A DNA stretch of 40,339 bases from Lysobacter sp. (GTDB taxonomy: Bacteria; Pseudomonadota; Gammaproteobacteria; Xanthomonadales; Xanthomonadaceae), in assembly GCA_043765595.1 (NCBI GenBank), contig JAYUIZ010000118.1:1-40339 (forward strand). Reading direction: 5' to 3'. Position 1 is the stretch's first letter; every line of letters begins with the position of its first letter. The notes under the pieces are model-generated. The model ran no database searches. It was not told the DNA's origin and saw nothing but the letters and a program-made list of their open reading frames with translations. Below are positions 17,154-27,901 of this stretch, one piece after another. A program made the position numbers and the translations under genes.

Positions 17154-19040
17154 TCAGCCTGTGGTGTGCGCTTGCTCACGTTCCTGCTGCTGCAGCGTCC
17201 ACATCTGGGCGTAATGCCCGCCGCGCGCCAGCAGTTCGCCGTGACGTCCGCGCTCGACGATCTGGCCCTGATCCATCACCAGGATCTCGTCCGCGTTCAT
17301 CACCGTCGACAAGCGATGCGCTATCACGAAGGTCGTGCGGCCCTGCGCGATGCGATCGAGTTCGGCCTGGATGGCTTTCTCGGATTTAGAATCCAATGCC
17401 GAAGTCGCTTCGTCGAAGATCAGGATCGCGGGATTCTTCAGCAGGGCGCGGGCGATGGCGACGCGCTGTTTCTCGCCGCCGGAGAGTTTCAATCCGCGCT
17501 CGCCGACTTCGGTATCGTAGCCGTCGGGCAGACCGACGATGGATGCGTGGATGTGGGCGGCGCGCGCGGCCTCTTCGACCTCTTCACGGGTCGCGTCGGG
17601 GCGGCCATACAGAATGTTGTAGTAGATGGTGTCGTTGAACAGCACCGTGTCCTGCGGCACGATCGCGATCGCCTTGCGCAGCGATGCCTGGGTGTAGTCG
17701 CGGATATCGCGCAGCGCGCCGTCGTCGCCTTCGATCGCGATGCTGCCGTCGTCGATATCGTAGAAGCGGTACAGCAGCCGGGCAAGCGTGGATTTCCCGG
17801 AACCGGAATGCCCGACCACCGCGAGCGTGCCGCCGCGCGGCACTTCAAAACTGACTTCGCGCAGGATCTCGCGACGCGGGTCGTAGCCGAAGCGGACGCG
17901 ATCGAACACCACTTTGGGCTGGGTCGCGCGCAGCGGCACCGCGTCGTCGCGGTCGCGCACGTCCATGCTTTCGTCCATCAGGCCGAACAGGCGTTCGAGA
18001 TTGGTGAACGCCTGTTTGACTTCGCGATACATCATGCCCAGCAGATTCAGCGGCGCCGAGAGCTGCAGCAGCACCGCGTTGACGAAGACCAGGCCACCGA
18101 TGGTCATGGTGCCGTCGACCACGCCGGCAGCCGCGCGCCACATCATCGCGGTGACGCCGAGCGCGACGATGGTGACCTGGCCCAGATTGAGCAGGCCGAG
18201 GGTCTTGCGGCTCATCACCTGCGCTTCCTCGCGATGCTGCAGGCTCTGGTCGTAACGTTTCGCTTCGTGCTCTTCGTTGCCGAAATACTTCACCGTTTCG
18301 TAGTTCAGCAGCGAATCGACCGCGCGCTCGTTGGCGCGGGTATCGGCTTCTACCGCGGCGCGGTAATAGCGCGTGCGCCATTCGGTAATCATGAAGGTGA
18401 AGATCATGTAGGCGATCAAGGTCGCGATGACGATCGCCGCGAAGCCCCAGTCGTACATCCACACCAGCACGCCGGTGACCAGCACGATCTCAAACAGCGT
18501 CGGTAGGATGGTGTAGATCATCCAGTCGAGCAGGTCGGAGATGGCGGAACCGCCGCGCTCGATGTCGCGGGCGACGCCGCCGGTGCGGCGGGCCAGATGG
18601 AAGCGGAGCGACAGCGCGTGCAGATGACGGAACACCTGCAATGTCACCCGCCGCGAGACCCGCGCCATCACCCGCGCAAATACGATCTGGCGCACTTCCG
18701 CGAGCAGGGTCATGCTGACGCGCGAGGCCCCGTAGGCCAGCAGCAGCGCCACCGGCATCACCAGCACGGCCGCGGCATCGCCCTTGTCGAGCGCGCCGAT
18801 ATCCAGCGCATCCACCAGTTTCTTCAGCACCAGTGGCACCGCCAGACCGGCCACCTTGCCGGCGACCACCAGCGCCAGCGCCAGCAGGATGCGGGTCATG
18901 AACGGACGCAGATACGGCACCAGCTCGCGCAGAATCTGGCTTTCGCTGCGCGCGTTGGCGACCTTGGCCGCGGTCAGCGGCATCTGTTCCGGCGATTCGG
19001 GGGATTGCGGGTCGACGGATGCGGCGGGTGGCGTGATCAT
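17154..19040 (-). CDS. Atm1/ABCB7-like ABC half transporter (fused TMD-NBD)
   Basis: SLRFHLARRTG, DSLLNYETVKYF, Walker A GHSGSGKS, LSGGEKQR, DEATSALD. Confidence 0.92.
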   Translation of the reverse strand: MITPPAASVDPQSPESPEQMPLTAAKVANARSESQILRELVPYLRPFMTRILLALALVVAGKVAGLAVPLVLKKLVDALDIGALDKGDAAAVLVMPVALLLAYGASRVSMTLLAEVRQIVFARVMARVSRRVTLQVFRHLHALSLRFHLARRTGGVARDIERGGSAISDLLDWMIYTILPTLFEIVLVTGVLVWMYDWGFAAIVIATLIAYMIFTFMITEWRTRYYRAAVEADTRANERAVDSLLNYETVKYFGNEEHEAKRYDQSLQHREEAQVMSRKTLGLLNLGQVTIVALGVTAMMWRAAAGVVDGTMTIGGLVFVNAVLLQLSAPLNLLGMMYREVKQAFTNLERLFGLMDESMDVRDRDDAVPLRATQPKVVFDRVRFGYDPRREILREVSFEVPRGGTLAVVGHSGSGKSTLARLLYRFYDIDDGSIAIEGDDGALRDIRDYTQASLRKAIAIVPQDTVLFNDTIYYNILYGRPDATREEVEEAARAAHIHASIVGLPDGYDTEVGERGLKLSGGEKQRVAIARALLKNPAILIFDEATSALDSKSEKAIQAELDRIAQGRTTFVIAHRLSTVMNADEILVMDQGQIVERGRHGELLARGGHYAQMWTLQQQEREQAHTTG

Positions 19041-19152
19041 CGCGGCATGATGGGGCCGTAGGGCGCGGAATCAAAGCCGCCAATCAACGCCAGAATCCCG
19101 GGCGATCAGGGCTTTTTTGCGCCTGCGGTCCGGCCATGCTTCACTGTCGCGC

Positions 19153-19479
19153 ATGGCCGTCTATGTCGACAACGCAGTGTTCCAGTGGCGCGGGCGGCGC
19201 TGGGCACATCTGTTGGCTGACGATCTGGACGAACTGCATGCGTTCGCGGCACGCCTGGGCATGCCGCGGCGCGCGTTCCAGGACAAACGCAGCGGCGCGC
19301 ATTACGACATCGACAGTGTGATGCGTGAAACGGCATTGCGCCTTGGCGCTGAACCGGTATCGCGGCTGCAGGATCGCGGGCGCATGCGTGCGATCATCGC
19401 CAACGCGCGGCGGCAGTGGAGTGGTTATGTCGCCGGTGCAGTTGCCGACGCAACCGACGGCGCCATCGATGCCTCCTGA
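19153..19479 (+). CDS. DUF4031 family protein
   Basis: MAVYVD...WAHLLADDLDELHAFA..LG...FQ...HYD pattern. Confidence 0.75.
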   Translation: MAVYVDNAVFQWRGRRWAHLLADDLDELHAFAARLGMPRRAFQDKRSGAHYDIDSVMRETALRLGAEPVSRLQDRGRMRAIIANARRQWSGYVAGAVADATDGAIDAS

Positions 19480-19518
19480 TCGTCGATGATGGTGTCATCA
19501 CGCACCTTGGAGAACCCG

Positions 19519-19974
19519 ATGTCCACTTTCGATCTGTCGCCGCCGGGCGACGCGCAACGCGAAACCCTGGCCGCTGCGCTGTCGCCGGAGGAACGCCGCG
19601 TGCTGCTGACTCACGGCACCGAAGCGCCGTTCTGCGGCGTGTTCCTCGACAACAAGCGCGAGGGCGTCTACGTCTGTCGTTTCTGCGGGCTGCCGCTGTT
19701 CCGCTCGAATGCCAAATTCGATTCCGGCACCGGCTGGCCGAGTTTCTTCGCGCCGTACGACGAGGCCCACATCGGCCGCATCCGCGACGCGAGCTACGGC
19801 ATGGTGCGGGTCGAGATCGTCTGCAAGCGCTGCAGCAGCCACCTGGGCCACGTGTTCCCGGATGGCCCGCCGCCCACCGGTGAGCGCCATTGCATGAATT
19901 CGGTGTCGCTGGGCTTCGTTGGCGCTGGCGACGCCCTGCCCGATCCGTTGGCGCGCGGCGAACGCGTGACCTGA
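19519..19974 (+). CDS. msrB: Peptide-methionine (R)-S-oxide reductase
   Basis: GTEAPF, CxxC pairs, KFDSGTGWPSF, HLGHVFPDGP, RHCMNS; GGAG RBS. Confidence 0.95.
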   Translation: MSTFDLSPPGDAQRETLAAALSPEERRVLLTHGTEAPFCGVFLDNKREGVYVCRFCGLPLFRSNAKFDSGTGWPSFFAPYDEAHIGRIRDASYGMVRVEIVCKRCSSHLGHVFPDGPPPTGERHCMNSVSLGFVGAGDALPDPLARGERVT

Positions 19975-20044
19975 GCATGGCCGGGTAGGCCGGCGCCGGG
20001 CGATTGCGTATCCTTGCCGTCTTTCGCAGCCCGGCTCCATCGCC

Positions 20045-20293
20045 ATGACCGACACGCTTCCCGACCGCCTCAGCAACGATCCGCGCAGCCCGTTCTACGA
20101 CGCCGACCTGCTGGAACGCGGTATCGGCATCCGCTTCAACGGCGTGGACCGCAACAACGTCGAGGAATACTGCGTCAGCGAAGGCTGGGTGCGGGTGATT
20201 GCCGGCAAGGCGCTGGACCGCCGCGGCCAGCCGATGACGATGAAGCTCAAGGGGACGGTCGAACCTTACCTGCGCGCCGCCGAAGCGGAATAA
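20045..20293 (+). CDS. DUF3297 family protein
   Basis: PDRLS..PRSP...GIRFNG...VEEYCVSEGWV...KLKGTVEPY. Confidence 0.8.
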   Translation: MTDTLPDRLSNDPRSPFYDADLLERGIGIRFNGVDRNNVEEYCVSEGWVRVIAGKALDRRGQPMTMKLKGTVEPYLRAAEAE

Positions 20294-20311
20294 GTCCAGC
20301 GGAGCGGTGGC

Positions 20312-20384
20312 GGGATCTGCTGTTATCGCAGTGCTCGCGGTAAGCAGATCCCTCCTCGGGCTTCGCCCTCGTTCGGGATGACAG
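20312..20384. repeat. REP-like palindromic element (GGGATGACA end)
   Basis: GGGATCTGCT/AGCAGATCCC stem plus CCTCCTCGGGCTTCGCCCTCGTTCGGGATGACAG; similar to 30901-30933. Confidence 0.6.
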
Positions 20385-20442
20385 GTTTTTTCCGGATCTG
20401 GATTTCCAGCAGACTTCCCAACGGACGCCTGGACCGGAGCCT

Positions 20443-22434
20443 TTACTTCGCGGCCGCGCCGCCAAGATGGCGGGACAGGAACGCGAGCAGCTTGGTGTAG
20501 AACTCGCGCTGATGCGGTTCGGTGTAGAAGCCGTGCCCCTCGTTCGGGAAGTACAGGCTTTCCACCGGCACGCCGGCTTTCTTCAGTGCCTTCTCCATCT
20601 GCTCGGTGTGCTCCACCGGCGCGCGCAGGTCCTTGCCGCCTGCGGCGAGGAACACCGGCACCTTGATGCGGTGCGCCAGCGCGGTTGGCGAGACCGCGGC
20701 CATGTCGTCGCGATCGCCCAGCCAGTCGTTCGCCCAGTTGCGCATCGCGCGCGCCGCACGGGCATCGTCCTTGTGCATCTTCTCCAGGTTGTAGACGCCG
20801 ACGTAACCGGCGGCGCAGCGGTAGAGGTCGGGTTCTTTGGCCGCGCCCATCAGCGCCGCATAGCCGCCGTAGCTGGCGCCGTAGATGCAGATGCGCTGCG
20901 GATCGGCGATGCGCTGGGCGATGGCCCAACGGGTGGCGTCGGTGAGGTCGTCCTGCAGCTGGCCGCCCCATTCGCGCGCGCCGGCCTGATGGAAACTGCG
21001 GCCGTAATTGCCCGAACCGCGGTAATTCACACGCAGCACCGCATAACCGGCGGCGGCGAGCATCTGGGTTTCGGTGTCGTAGCTCCACTCGTCGAAAATG
21101 CCGAACGGGCCGCCGTGCGGCAGCAGCACCATCGGCTGCGGCGCACCCGCGTCCTTGCCCACCGGCAGGGTGAGATAGCCTTGCAGCTTCAGACCGTCGC
21201 GCGCCGCGATCTCGACGCTGCGGGTGGGCGGAAGATCGGCGGGCTTGAACCAGCTTTTGCGGCTGAACACCAGATCGACCTGCTTTTTCGCGGTGTCGAA
21301 CAGGTAGAAATCGCCGGGGTTGCGGTCGCTCCACACCTGCACCAGCAGCAGCTTGCCGTCCTTGGTCGCGGAGGTAACCGCGACCGCGCTGTCGGGGAAG
21401 GCTTTCTCCAATTGGCGATAGAGCTTCGCGGTGGGCGACTGCGGATCGAAGAACCGCGTGCGCACGCGCTCGTGCATGAAGCTCACGCCGACCGGCACAT
21501 CACTGTCGACGGCAGCCACATACGCGTATGGATCGACGACGGGATCAACAAGCACTTCCTTGCGTTCGCCGGTCGCCGGATTCCAGGCCACGATCGCATC
21601 GGGCCCGGTCTTGCGCTCGGTCTGCAGGTATGCGGTCAGGCCATCGGCCGAAAAACCGAATGCGCGCTCGACGACACCACTGACCGATTCGTCGTTGATC
21701 AGCACCCAGTCCGCGCCCTGCTTCTCGCGGTAGAAGAGCTTGCTGACGTTGTCGTTGCCCGCGCCGCGCGCGAACCGGGCCATTCCGGTGCGGTCGATGG
21801 TGAAGCGCGCGTTGCGCACCGGCGCCGACGACACCGCCCTGCGCCGGCCGTCGTAGACATCCATCCTTTCCAGCACCGTTTCCGGATTCTCGCCGTATGC
21901 CACCGCGGTGATGAGGACGTAGCGATCGTCATCGGGCAGGTCGTCGTGCATCAGCGTGTAGGTGTCGGCATAGCGGTGGGTGAGCCAGGCGCCGCGCTTG
22001 CCGTCGACATTGACGGCGATGAGTTCGCCGGTCGGGCTGGGCACGTCGTTGCGGCCGATCTTTTCGGCCACGCTGGCCATCACCCGCTCGTCGTTTACCC
22101 ACCAGAAGTCGTCGACGATCGCGTTTTCGCCGATCTGCAGCTTGGCGGTGACGGCCTTGTCGCTGCGCCGCAGCACCGCCAGGATGGTGCGGTCCTCCAG
22201 CGGCACCGTCGCGGCGTAGTACTCCCCGGTGGGCGAAATCTTGATGTCCTGATAGCCGTCCCTGCGCAGGAACGGGGTGAGATCGACCATCCCGGGGGCG
22301 CCCGGTCCGGCGCCGACCTGCTGCTGATCGACGCGAGCCGTATCGGCCATAGCGGTCGCGTCCTGCGCCGATACCGGAACCGACGCATACAACAATATTG
22401 CGCAACACCAGAACCACAATCCAGACGCTTTCAT
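20443..22434 (-). CDS. S9 family (prolyl oligopeptidase-like) peptidase
   Basis: PHGGP, NYRGSG, GASYGG, D-x-R, EGHGF; signal peptide from ATG 22434. Confidence 0.92.
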   Translation of the reverse strand: MKASGLWFWCCAILLYASVPVSAQDATAMADTARVDQQQVGAGPGAPGMVDLTPFLRRDGYQDIKISPTGEYYAATVPLEDRTILAVLRRSDKAVTAKLQIGENAIVDDFWWVNDERVMASVAEKIGRNDVPSPTGELIAVNVDGKRGAWLTHRYADTYTLMHDDLPDDDRYVLITAVAYGENPETVLERMDVYDGRRRAVSSAPVRNARFTIDRTGMARFARGAGNDNVSKLFYREKQGADWVLINDESVSGVVERAFGFSADGLTAYLQTERKTGPDAIVAWNPATGERKEVLVDPVVDPYAYVAAVDSDVPVGVSFMHERVRTRFFDPQSPTAKLYRQLEKAFPDSAVAVTSATKDGKLLLVQVWSDRNPGDFYLFDTAKKQVDLVFSRKSWFKPADLPPTRSVEIAARDGLKLQGYLTLPVGKDAGAPQPMVLLPHGGPFGIFDEWSYDTETQMLAAAGYAVLRVNYRGSGNYGRSFHQAGAREWGGQLQDDLTDATRWAIAQRIADPQRICIYGASYGGYAALMGAAKEPDLYRCAAGYVGVYNLEKMHKDDARAARAMRNWANDWLGDRDDMAAVSPTALAHRIKVPVFLAAGGKDLRAPVEHTEQMEKALKKAGVPVESLYFPNEGHGFYTEPHQREFYTKLLAFLSRHLGGAAAK

Positions 22435-22556
22435 GATTTGTCCGCCCCTGCACGGAACCCGTATCGCATCAGGATACGCGAGCCGCCCCGGACGCCAACG
22501 GGCCGGCAATACCGGCCCGTCAGGAGACACATACGCAAAGGATCAAGTGCGGTCGG

Positions 22557-23432
22557 TCAGCGACGCCCGGGAGGATCCGCCGCGAACCCGTTTGGGAACG
22601 CCTGCGGCTGACCGGGACGATAACGGTCGTAGCGGCTGGGCCGCGCCATCACGCCCATCGCCACCAGGTTATCGATGTCCTCATAGCGCAGCTGCAGCAC
22701 CTGCGCAGGCGTACGCGAGGCGCGGACGAAGTCGGTACGGCTGACCGGCGACCACTCGCGCGCGCCGTGGCCGGTGCCGATGCTCTGGGCCGGCGCTCCG
22801 CCGCCGTATGAGGAATCCGCAGCGGCTTCGGACGCCCGGCGCGAAGCCTGCGGCGCAGCAGGCGCGGCCTTGCCCTCGGCGCGGCCGGCTTGGCCGCGGT
22901 AGCGATCGCTGCGTTCGTAGTCGCGATCGTAATTGCGATCGTCGCGGCCGATCGGCGCCGGCTCGTAGTACGGCTGCGGCTGGGCGCGTTCGCGGAACAC
23001 CGCCACCCCGATCACGCCCACGTTGTCAGGACGGCCGGTGCGCGCGGCATAGCTGTCGGGCAGGTCGGTGAAATAGAACTGGGCCACATCCTGCCAGGAT
23101 TTGCGCCAGCCGGTGATCTCGGTGCTCTGCCACGGGCCCAGCACGTAGCCGGTCTGGCCGGCGGCAGCGGTGTCGCCGCTGATCGCATTCACGCCGTCCA
23201 CCGACAGCACCACCAGCACGCGCTCGCCGGTGGTGTTAGTCATGCGCACGCTGTAGCGGTCACCGGGAATGCCGGGCACCCAGTTTTGGCCGCGATGACG
23301 GTATTCGGGCAGGCGCTCGCCGGTATCGCGATTGACGATATCGACATCGACCAGCGGTTGCGCCGACAGCGGGCTGCAGGCGGTGGCGGCGATCAGGGCG
23401 GCGGACAGCAGCAGGACGGTAGGGCGCAACAT
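22557..23432 (-). CDS. Exported hypothetical protein (possible lipoprotein)
   Basis: Signal peptide with ATAC; VLSVDGVNA, GYVLGPW...ITGWRK and NVGVIGVAVFRE blocks; GGAG RBS. The ORF-track extension to 24560 is antisense to trpS. Confidence 0.75.
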   Translation of the reverse strand: MLRPTVLLLSAALIAATACSPLSAQPLVDVDIVNRDTGERLPEYRHRGQNWVPGIPGDRYSVRMTNTTGERVLVVLSVDGVNAISGDTAAAGQTGYVLGPWQSTEITGWRKSWQDVAQFYFTDLPDSYAARTGRPDNVGVIGVAVFRERAQPQPYYEPAPIGRDDRNYDRDYERSDRYRGQAGRAEGKAAPAAPQASRRASEAAADSSYGGGAPAQSIGTGHGAREWSPVSRTDFVRASRTPAQVLQLRYEDIDNLVAMGVMARPSRYDRYRPGQPQAFPNGFAADPPGRR

Positions 23433-23600
23433 GACGGGCTCCGTGGTGGTGGTCCGGTGTGGACACTGACCTTCAACGCGCCGTGTCCGGGAATGGGGTT
23501 TGGCACCCTCGACGGAATTGCGCGACCACACCGTGGCACCGGCGCCGGATTCAGCCGCGGGTAAACTAGCCGGCCTGCTTCCCACGTACCCCCGCGCCCC

Positions 23601-24962
<1,362 letters not shown>

Positions 24963-25002
24963 ATTTTTTATCAGCTGTCCTTGCGAGCAGATAACAACCA
25001 AA

Positions 25003-25034
25003 GTCACTGAATCCCGGCTTTCGCCGGGATGACG
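25003..25034. repeat. REP-like hairpin (GGGATGACG family)
   Basis: ATCCCGGC-TTTC-GCCGGGAT-GACG; related ends near 25570-25599 and 32365-32388. Confidence 0.6.
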
Positions 25035-25074
25035 CTCAAAAGCGATGCACGCAGCTCCCGATGAGCATTGCCGT

Positions 25075-25104
25075 AGATCGTCGCGACTTGCGTCGCTCCC
25101 ACAA
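25075..25104. repeat. REP copy 1 (TGTGGGAGCGACGCAAGTCGCGA type)
   Basis: 30 bp identical to 25638-25667. Confidence 0.8.
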
Positions 25105-25297
25105 ACGCGGGTTTCCGGCAGCACGCGAAGCGCGCTGATCTGCTGCTGCCTTTGCGCGTAGCGCGGGGGTAGTTGGGAGGGGCGAAACTGCGACCAAAGA
25201 TGAGGATACTCAGCTGCGGCGACGATCGTTACTGATCCCGATCATCTGCAAGCCAGCGCCTGAAACGGATCACCTGCCATGCTTCCAGACCCGAGTG

Positions 25298-25512
25298 GCG
25301 ACGCACAGGGATGTGCGTCGTGTTCCGACCGAGCCAAGGATTGGCGAGTCGGAACATCCCGGCCGTATTGGCTTGGCAGATGTGATTCGTCGGGGAAGGC
25401 CTTTTTCTTGGGTTCGTTTCTTTGACTCGCGCTGTGCGCTCGCCCCTTCGAGGCCGGCTCCGCCGTTCGGTCGCGCTTCGCGCGCCTTGTGGGCCAGCAA
25501 AAGCAATGAACC
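25298..25512. repeat. Multi-hairpin intergenic element
   Basis: Stems CGACGCACA-GGGA-TGTGCGTCG and TGTTCCGAC...GCCAA-GGA-TTGGC...GTCGGAACA; imperfect GGTTCGTTTCTTTG/CAAAAGCAATGAACC. Confidence 0.45.
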
Positions 25513-25637
25513 GGCCGCGCAGCGGACGAACGCTGTTGGCATAAGTCGGATGCAAGCATCGAAGTAAGACGGCGGATCCCCGCGTCCGCCGAGATGACGA
25601 TCACAAGCGATGCGCGCCTTTCGTTGAAGCGTGTCGC

Positions 25638-25667
25638 AGATCGTCGCGACTTGCGTCGCTCCCACAA
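25638..25667. repeat. REP copy 2
   Basis: Identical to 25075-25104. Confidence 0.8.
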
Positions 25668-25747
25668 GGGCACAGCTGAGATCATCGCGACTGCTATCGC
25701 TATACAAATGACTGGGTGCAATCCCGCAGAACGGCTAAAATGGACGG

Positions 25748-26065
25748 ATGAATTCTGCCGTCGAACTCAATCTCGCCCTGATCCTGTTCCTGCCGTGGTT
25801 CCTGATCCTCGGCGTGCTGTATTGGGTCTACCCGCGCCAGCCGCGTCACGCCGCGCGGGTGCTGTTCGATATCGCGGCGCTGGCGCTGTCGGTGGTGGCG
25901 TTCGTGTGGAGCATTCACTGGTCGCACGCCAACGCGGATATGCGCTACGGCCGGATGTGGCCGCAGGTGCTGGCCACCGCGCTGGGTTACGGTGTGTGGC
26001 TGGGCGTGATGACACTGGCGTTCTTCGTCCGCCGCGGCTGGCTACGCCGCCGCGCGCAGGGCTAA
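25748..26065 (+). CDS. Small three-TM membrane protein
   Basis: NLALILFLPWFLILG...MWPQVLATALGYG; host-like codon usage. Confidence 0.75.
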   Translation: MNSAVELNLALILFLPWFLILGVLYWVYPRQPRHAARVLFDIAALALSVVAFVWSIHWSHANADMRYGRMWPQVLATALGYGVWLGVMTLAFFVRRGWLRRRAQG

Positions 26066-26125
26066 TTCATACGGGCATGATTCACACAGAGCTGATTCAC
26101 ATGGTTCTGATTCACACGGGGCTGA
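26061..26125 (+). repeat. 15-bp degenerate tandem repeat starting at the stop codon
   Basis: GCTAATTCATACGGG / CATGATTCACACAGA / GCTGATTCACATGGT / TCTGATTCACACGGG / GCTGA. Confidence 0.75.
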
Positions 26126-26274
26126 GCCGGCCGCTCCTCACCAAGCGTTCGGGCAGCGCCGCGCTCCGGGTGTTTCATAGGCATTACGCAGAAGCGCTGG
26201 CCGGTGGGGCCTGCATCACGCACAAGGTGTGGACATAATCCACGCGCTTAGCGCCGAGGGCTATGAAAAAATGC

Positions 26275-26296
26275 TCGGGGCTCAAGCCCCTCCTAC
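26275..26296. repeat. GTAG-type REP
   Basis: Reverse strand GTAGGAGGGGCTTGAGCCCCGA. Confidence 0.55.
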
Positions 26297-26356
26297 GCAA
26301 GCAGACCCATCGAATTCAAATGAATTCAAAAATATTCGAGCCGCATCAATCACTGC

Positions 26357-26426
26357 ATTGGACTGATTGGATTGGACTGATTGGATCGGACTGATTGGAT
26401 CAGACTGATCGGATCAGACCGAATCC
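26357..26426. repeat. 14-bp tandem repeat (5 units) overlapping the dacC stop
   Basis: ATTGGACTGATTGG x2, ATCGGACTGATTGG, ATCAGACTGATCGG, ATCAGACCGAATCC. Confidence 0.85.
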
Positions 26427-27676
26427 CACCACATCAGGAAATCGTGCCACAGGCGCTTGAAGAAGCCGGCTTCGGCCACGCCTTCCAGCGCGATCAGCGG
26501 TGCTTCCATCACCACCTTGCCGTCCAGCATCACCCGCACCATGCCGATTTTCTGTCCGCCCTTGATCGGCGCGACTAAGGTTTTTGGCACATCCATCAGC
26601 GGCTTGAGTTCGGCATAACGGCCGCGCGCGGTGCTCACCAGCAGCGGTTCTTCTAGGCCGAGTTTCACGACGTCGGCCGTGCCCTTCCAGACCTTGTGGC
26701 TGGCGATGGCCGCGTCGCCCTGGTATAGGCGGTGGGTTTCGTGGAAGCGGAAGCCCCAGTTGAGCAGGGCCAGCGAATCCACCGCGCGTTCTTCCTCGCT
26801 CTTGGCCTGCATGACCACGCTGATCAGGCGCTGGTCGCCGCGCTTGGCCGAGGACATCAGGCAATAGCCGGCGCCGGAGTGATGGCCGGTCTTGATGCCG
26901 TCCACCGAGTCGTCGCGCCACAGCAGCAGGTTGCGGTTGCGCTGGGTGATCGGGCCGACGGTGAATTCGCGCACCCGGTTGAAGGCGTACTGGCCGGGGA
27001 AATCGCGGATCAGCGCGCGACCCAGCAGGGCCAGATCGCGCGCAGTGGAGTAATGGCCTTCCGCCGACAGGCCGGTGGCGTTGACGAAATTGGTGTTCTT
27101 CAAGCCGATGCGTTTGGCGTAATCGTTCATCAGGGGGGCGAACGCGGCCTCGCTGCCGGCGATGTGCTCGGCCAGGGCGATCGCGGCATCGTTGCCGGAC
27201 TGGATGACCATGCCCATTTCCATCTGCTCCAGCGGCGCGGTCTTGTTGACCTCGAACCCGCTGTAACTACCGTCGGTGCCGGCGCCGCCGGTGCGCCAAG
27301 CGTTCTCGCTCATCATCACCTGGTCGGTGGATTTGATCCGCTTGGCCTGCAGTTCCGCGGCGATGACATATGAGGTCATGACCTTGGTGATGCTGGCCGG
27401 CTCCAGGCGCAGGTCGATGTTCTCGCCGGCCAGCACCTTGCCGGTGGCGTCGTCCATTACCAGCCAAGCCTTGGCGGTGACCGGCGTGGGCGCGTCGGGA
27501 ATGACCAGCGGCGGCGGCGCGGGCTTCGCTGCCGCGGTTGCGGCGGCCGGCGTCTGCGCCAGTGGCGTTTGCGCCAGCGGCGTTTGCGCTAAGACCAGAC
27601 CCGTCATCCCCACTGCGCACGCGGTCGCCAACCACACGCGTACCACCCCCTGTCGCAACGCACCCAACGTCTTCAT
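26414..27676 (-). CDS. dacC: D-alanyl-D-alanine carboxypeptidase (PBP5/6)
   Basis: SxxK (ASITK), SGN and KTG motifs; follows rlpA; start tentatively ATG 27676. Confidence 0.9.
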   Translation of the reverse strand: MKTLGALRQGVVRVWLATACAVGMTGLVLAQTPLAQTPLAQTPAAATAAAKPAPPPLVIPDAPTPVTAKAWLVMDDATGKVLAGENIDLRLEPASITKVMTSYVIAAELQAKRIKSTDQVMMSENAWRTGGAGTDGSYSGFEVNKTAPLEQMEMGMVIQSGNDAAIALAEHIAGSEAAFAPLMNDYAKRIGLKNTNFVNATGLSAEGHYSTARDLALLGRALIRDFPGQYAFNRVREFTVGPITQRNRNLLLWRDDSVDGIKTGHHSGAGYCLMSSAKRGDQRLISVVMQAKSEEERAVDSLALLNWGFRFHETHRLYQGDAAIASHKVWKGTADVVKLGLEEPLLVSTARGRYAELKPLMDVPKTLVAPIKGGQKIGMVRVMLDGKVVMEAPLIALEGVAEAGFFKRLWHDFLMWWDSV

Positions 27677-27851
27677 TGAAAGCTGTACTCCGGAAAAAAC
27701 GGCCGCGCGGCCGTCGAAAGAACAAACGATTGAAAGATCTGCCAGCCGCTTATTTTGAAGCAAGTGGCGAAAGATTCCGATAAGCGGGCCGCGATTGCGG
27801 CGAATCGCCGCCAACCGCGCCGTCAGCCGCGATATGGACGGATGTATCGGC

Positions 27852-27901
27852 GCATGATCATTCGCGCATGATCATTCATGCATGTTCATTCGCGCACGAT
27901 C
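27852..27901. repeat. 14-bp tandem repeat overlapping the rlpA stop
   Basis: GCATGATCATTCGC / GCATGATCATTCAT / GCATGTTCATTCGC / GCACGATC. Confidence 0.8.

Noticed and set aside
15933-19040. Lanthipeptide/sactipeptide or double-glycine bacteriocin cluster
   Set aside because: No LanM/LanBC, radical SAM or C39 peptidase transporter; the leaders look like Sec signals with AxA cleavage sites
25229-25721. Overlapping 90-159-aa ORFs downstream of trpS
   Set aside because: They run through REP and hairpin elements and show no protein motifs
26061-26426. Short repeat arrays as a CRISPR
   Set aside because: Units are 14-15 bp, contiguous, without unique spacers; no cas genes
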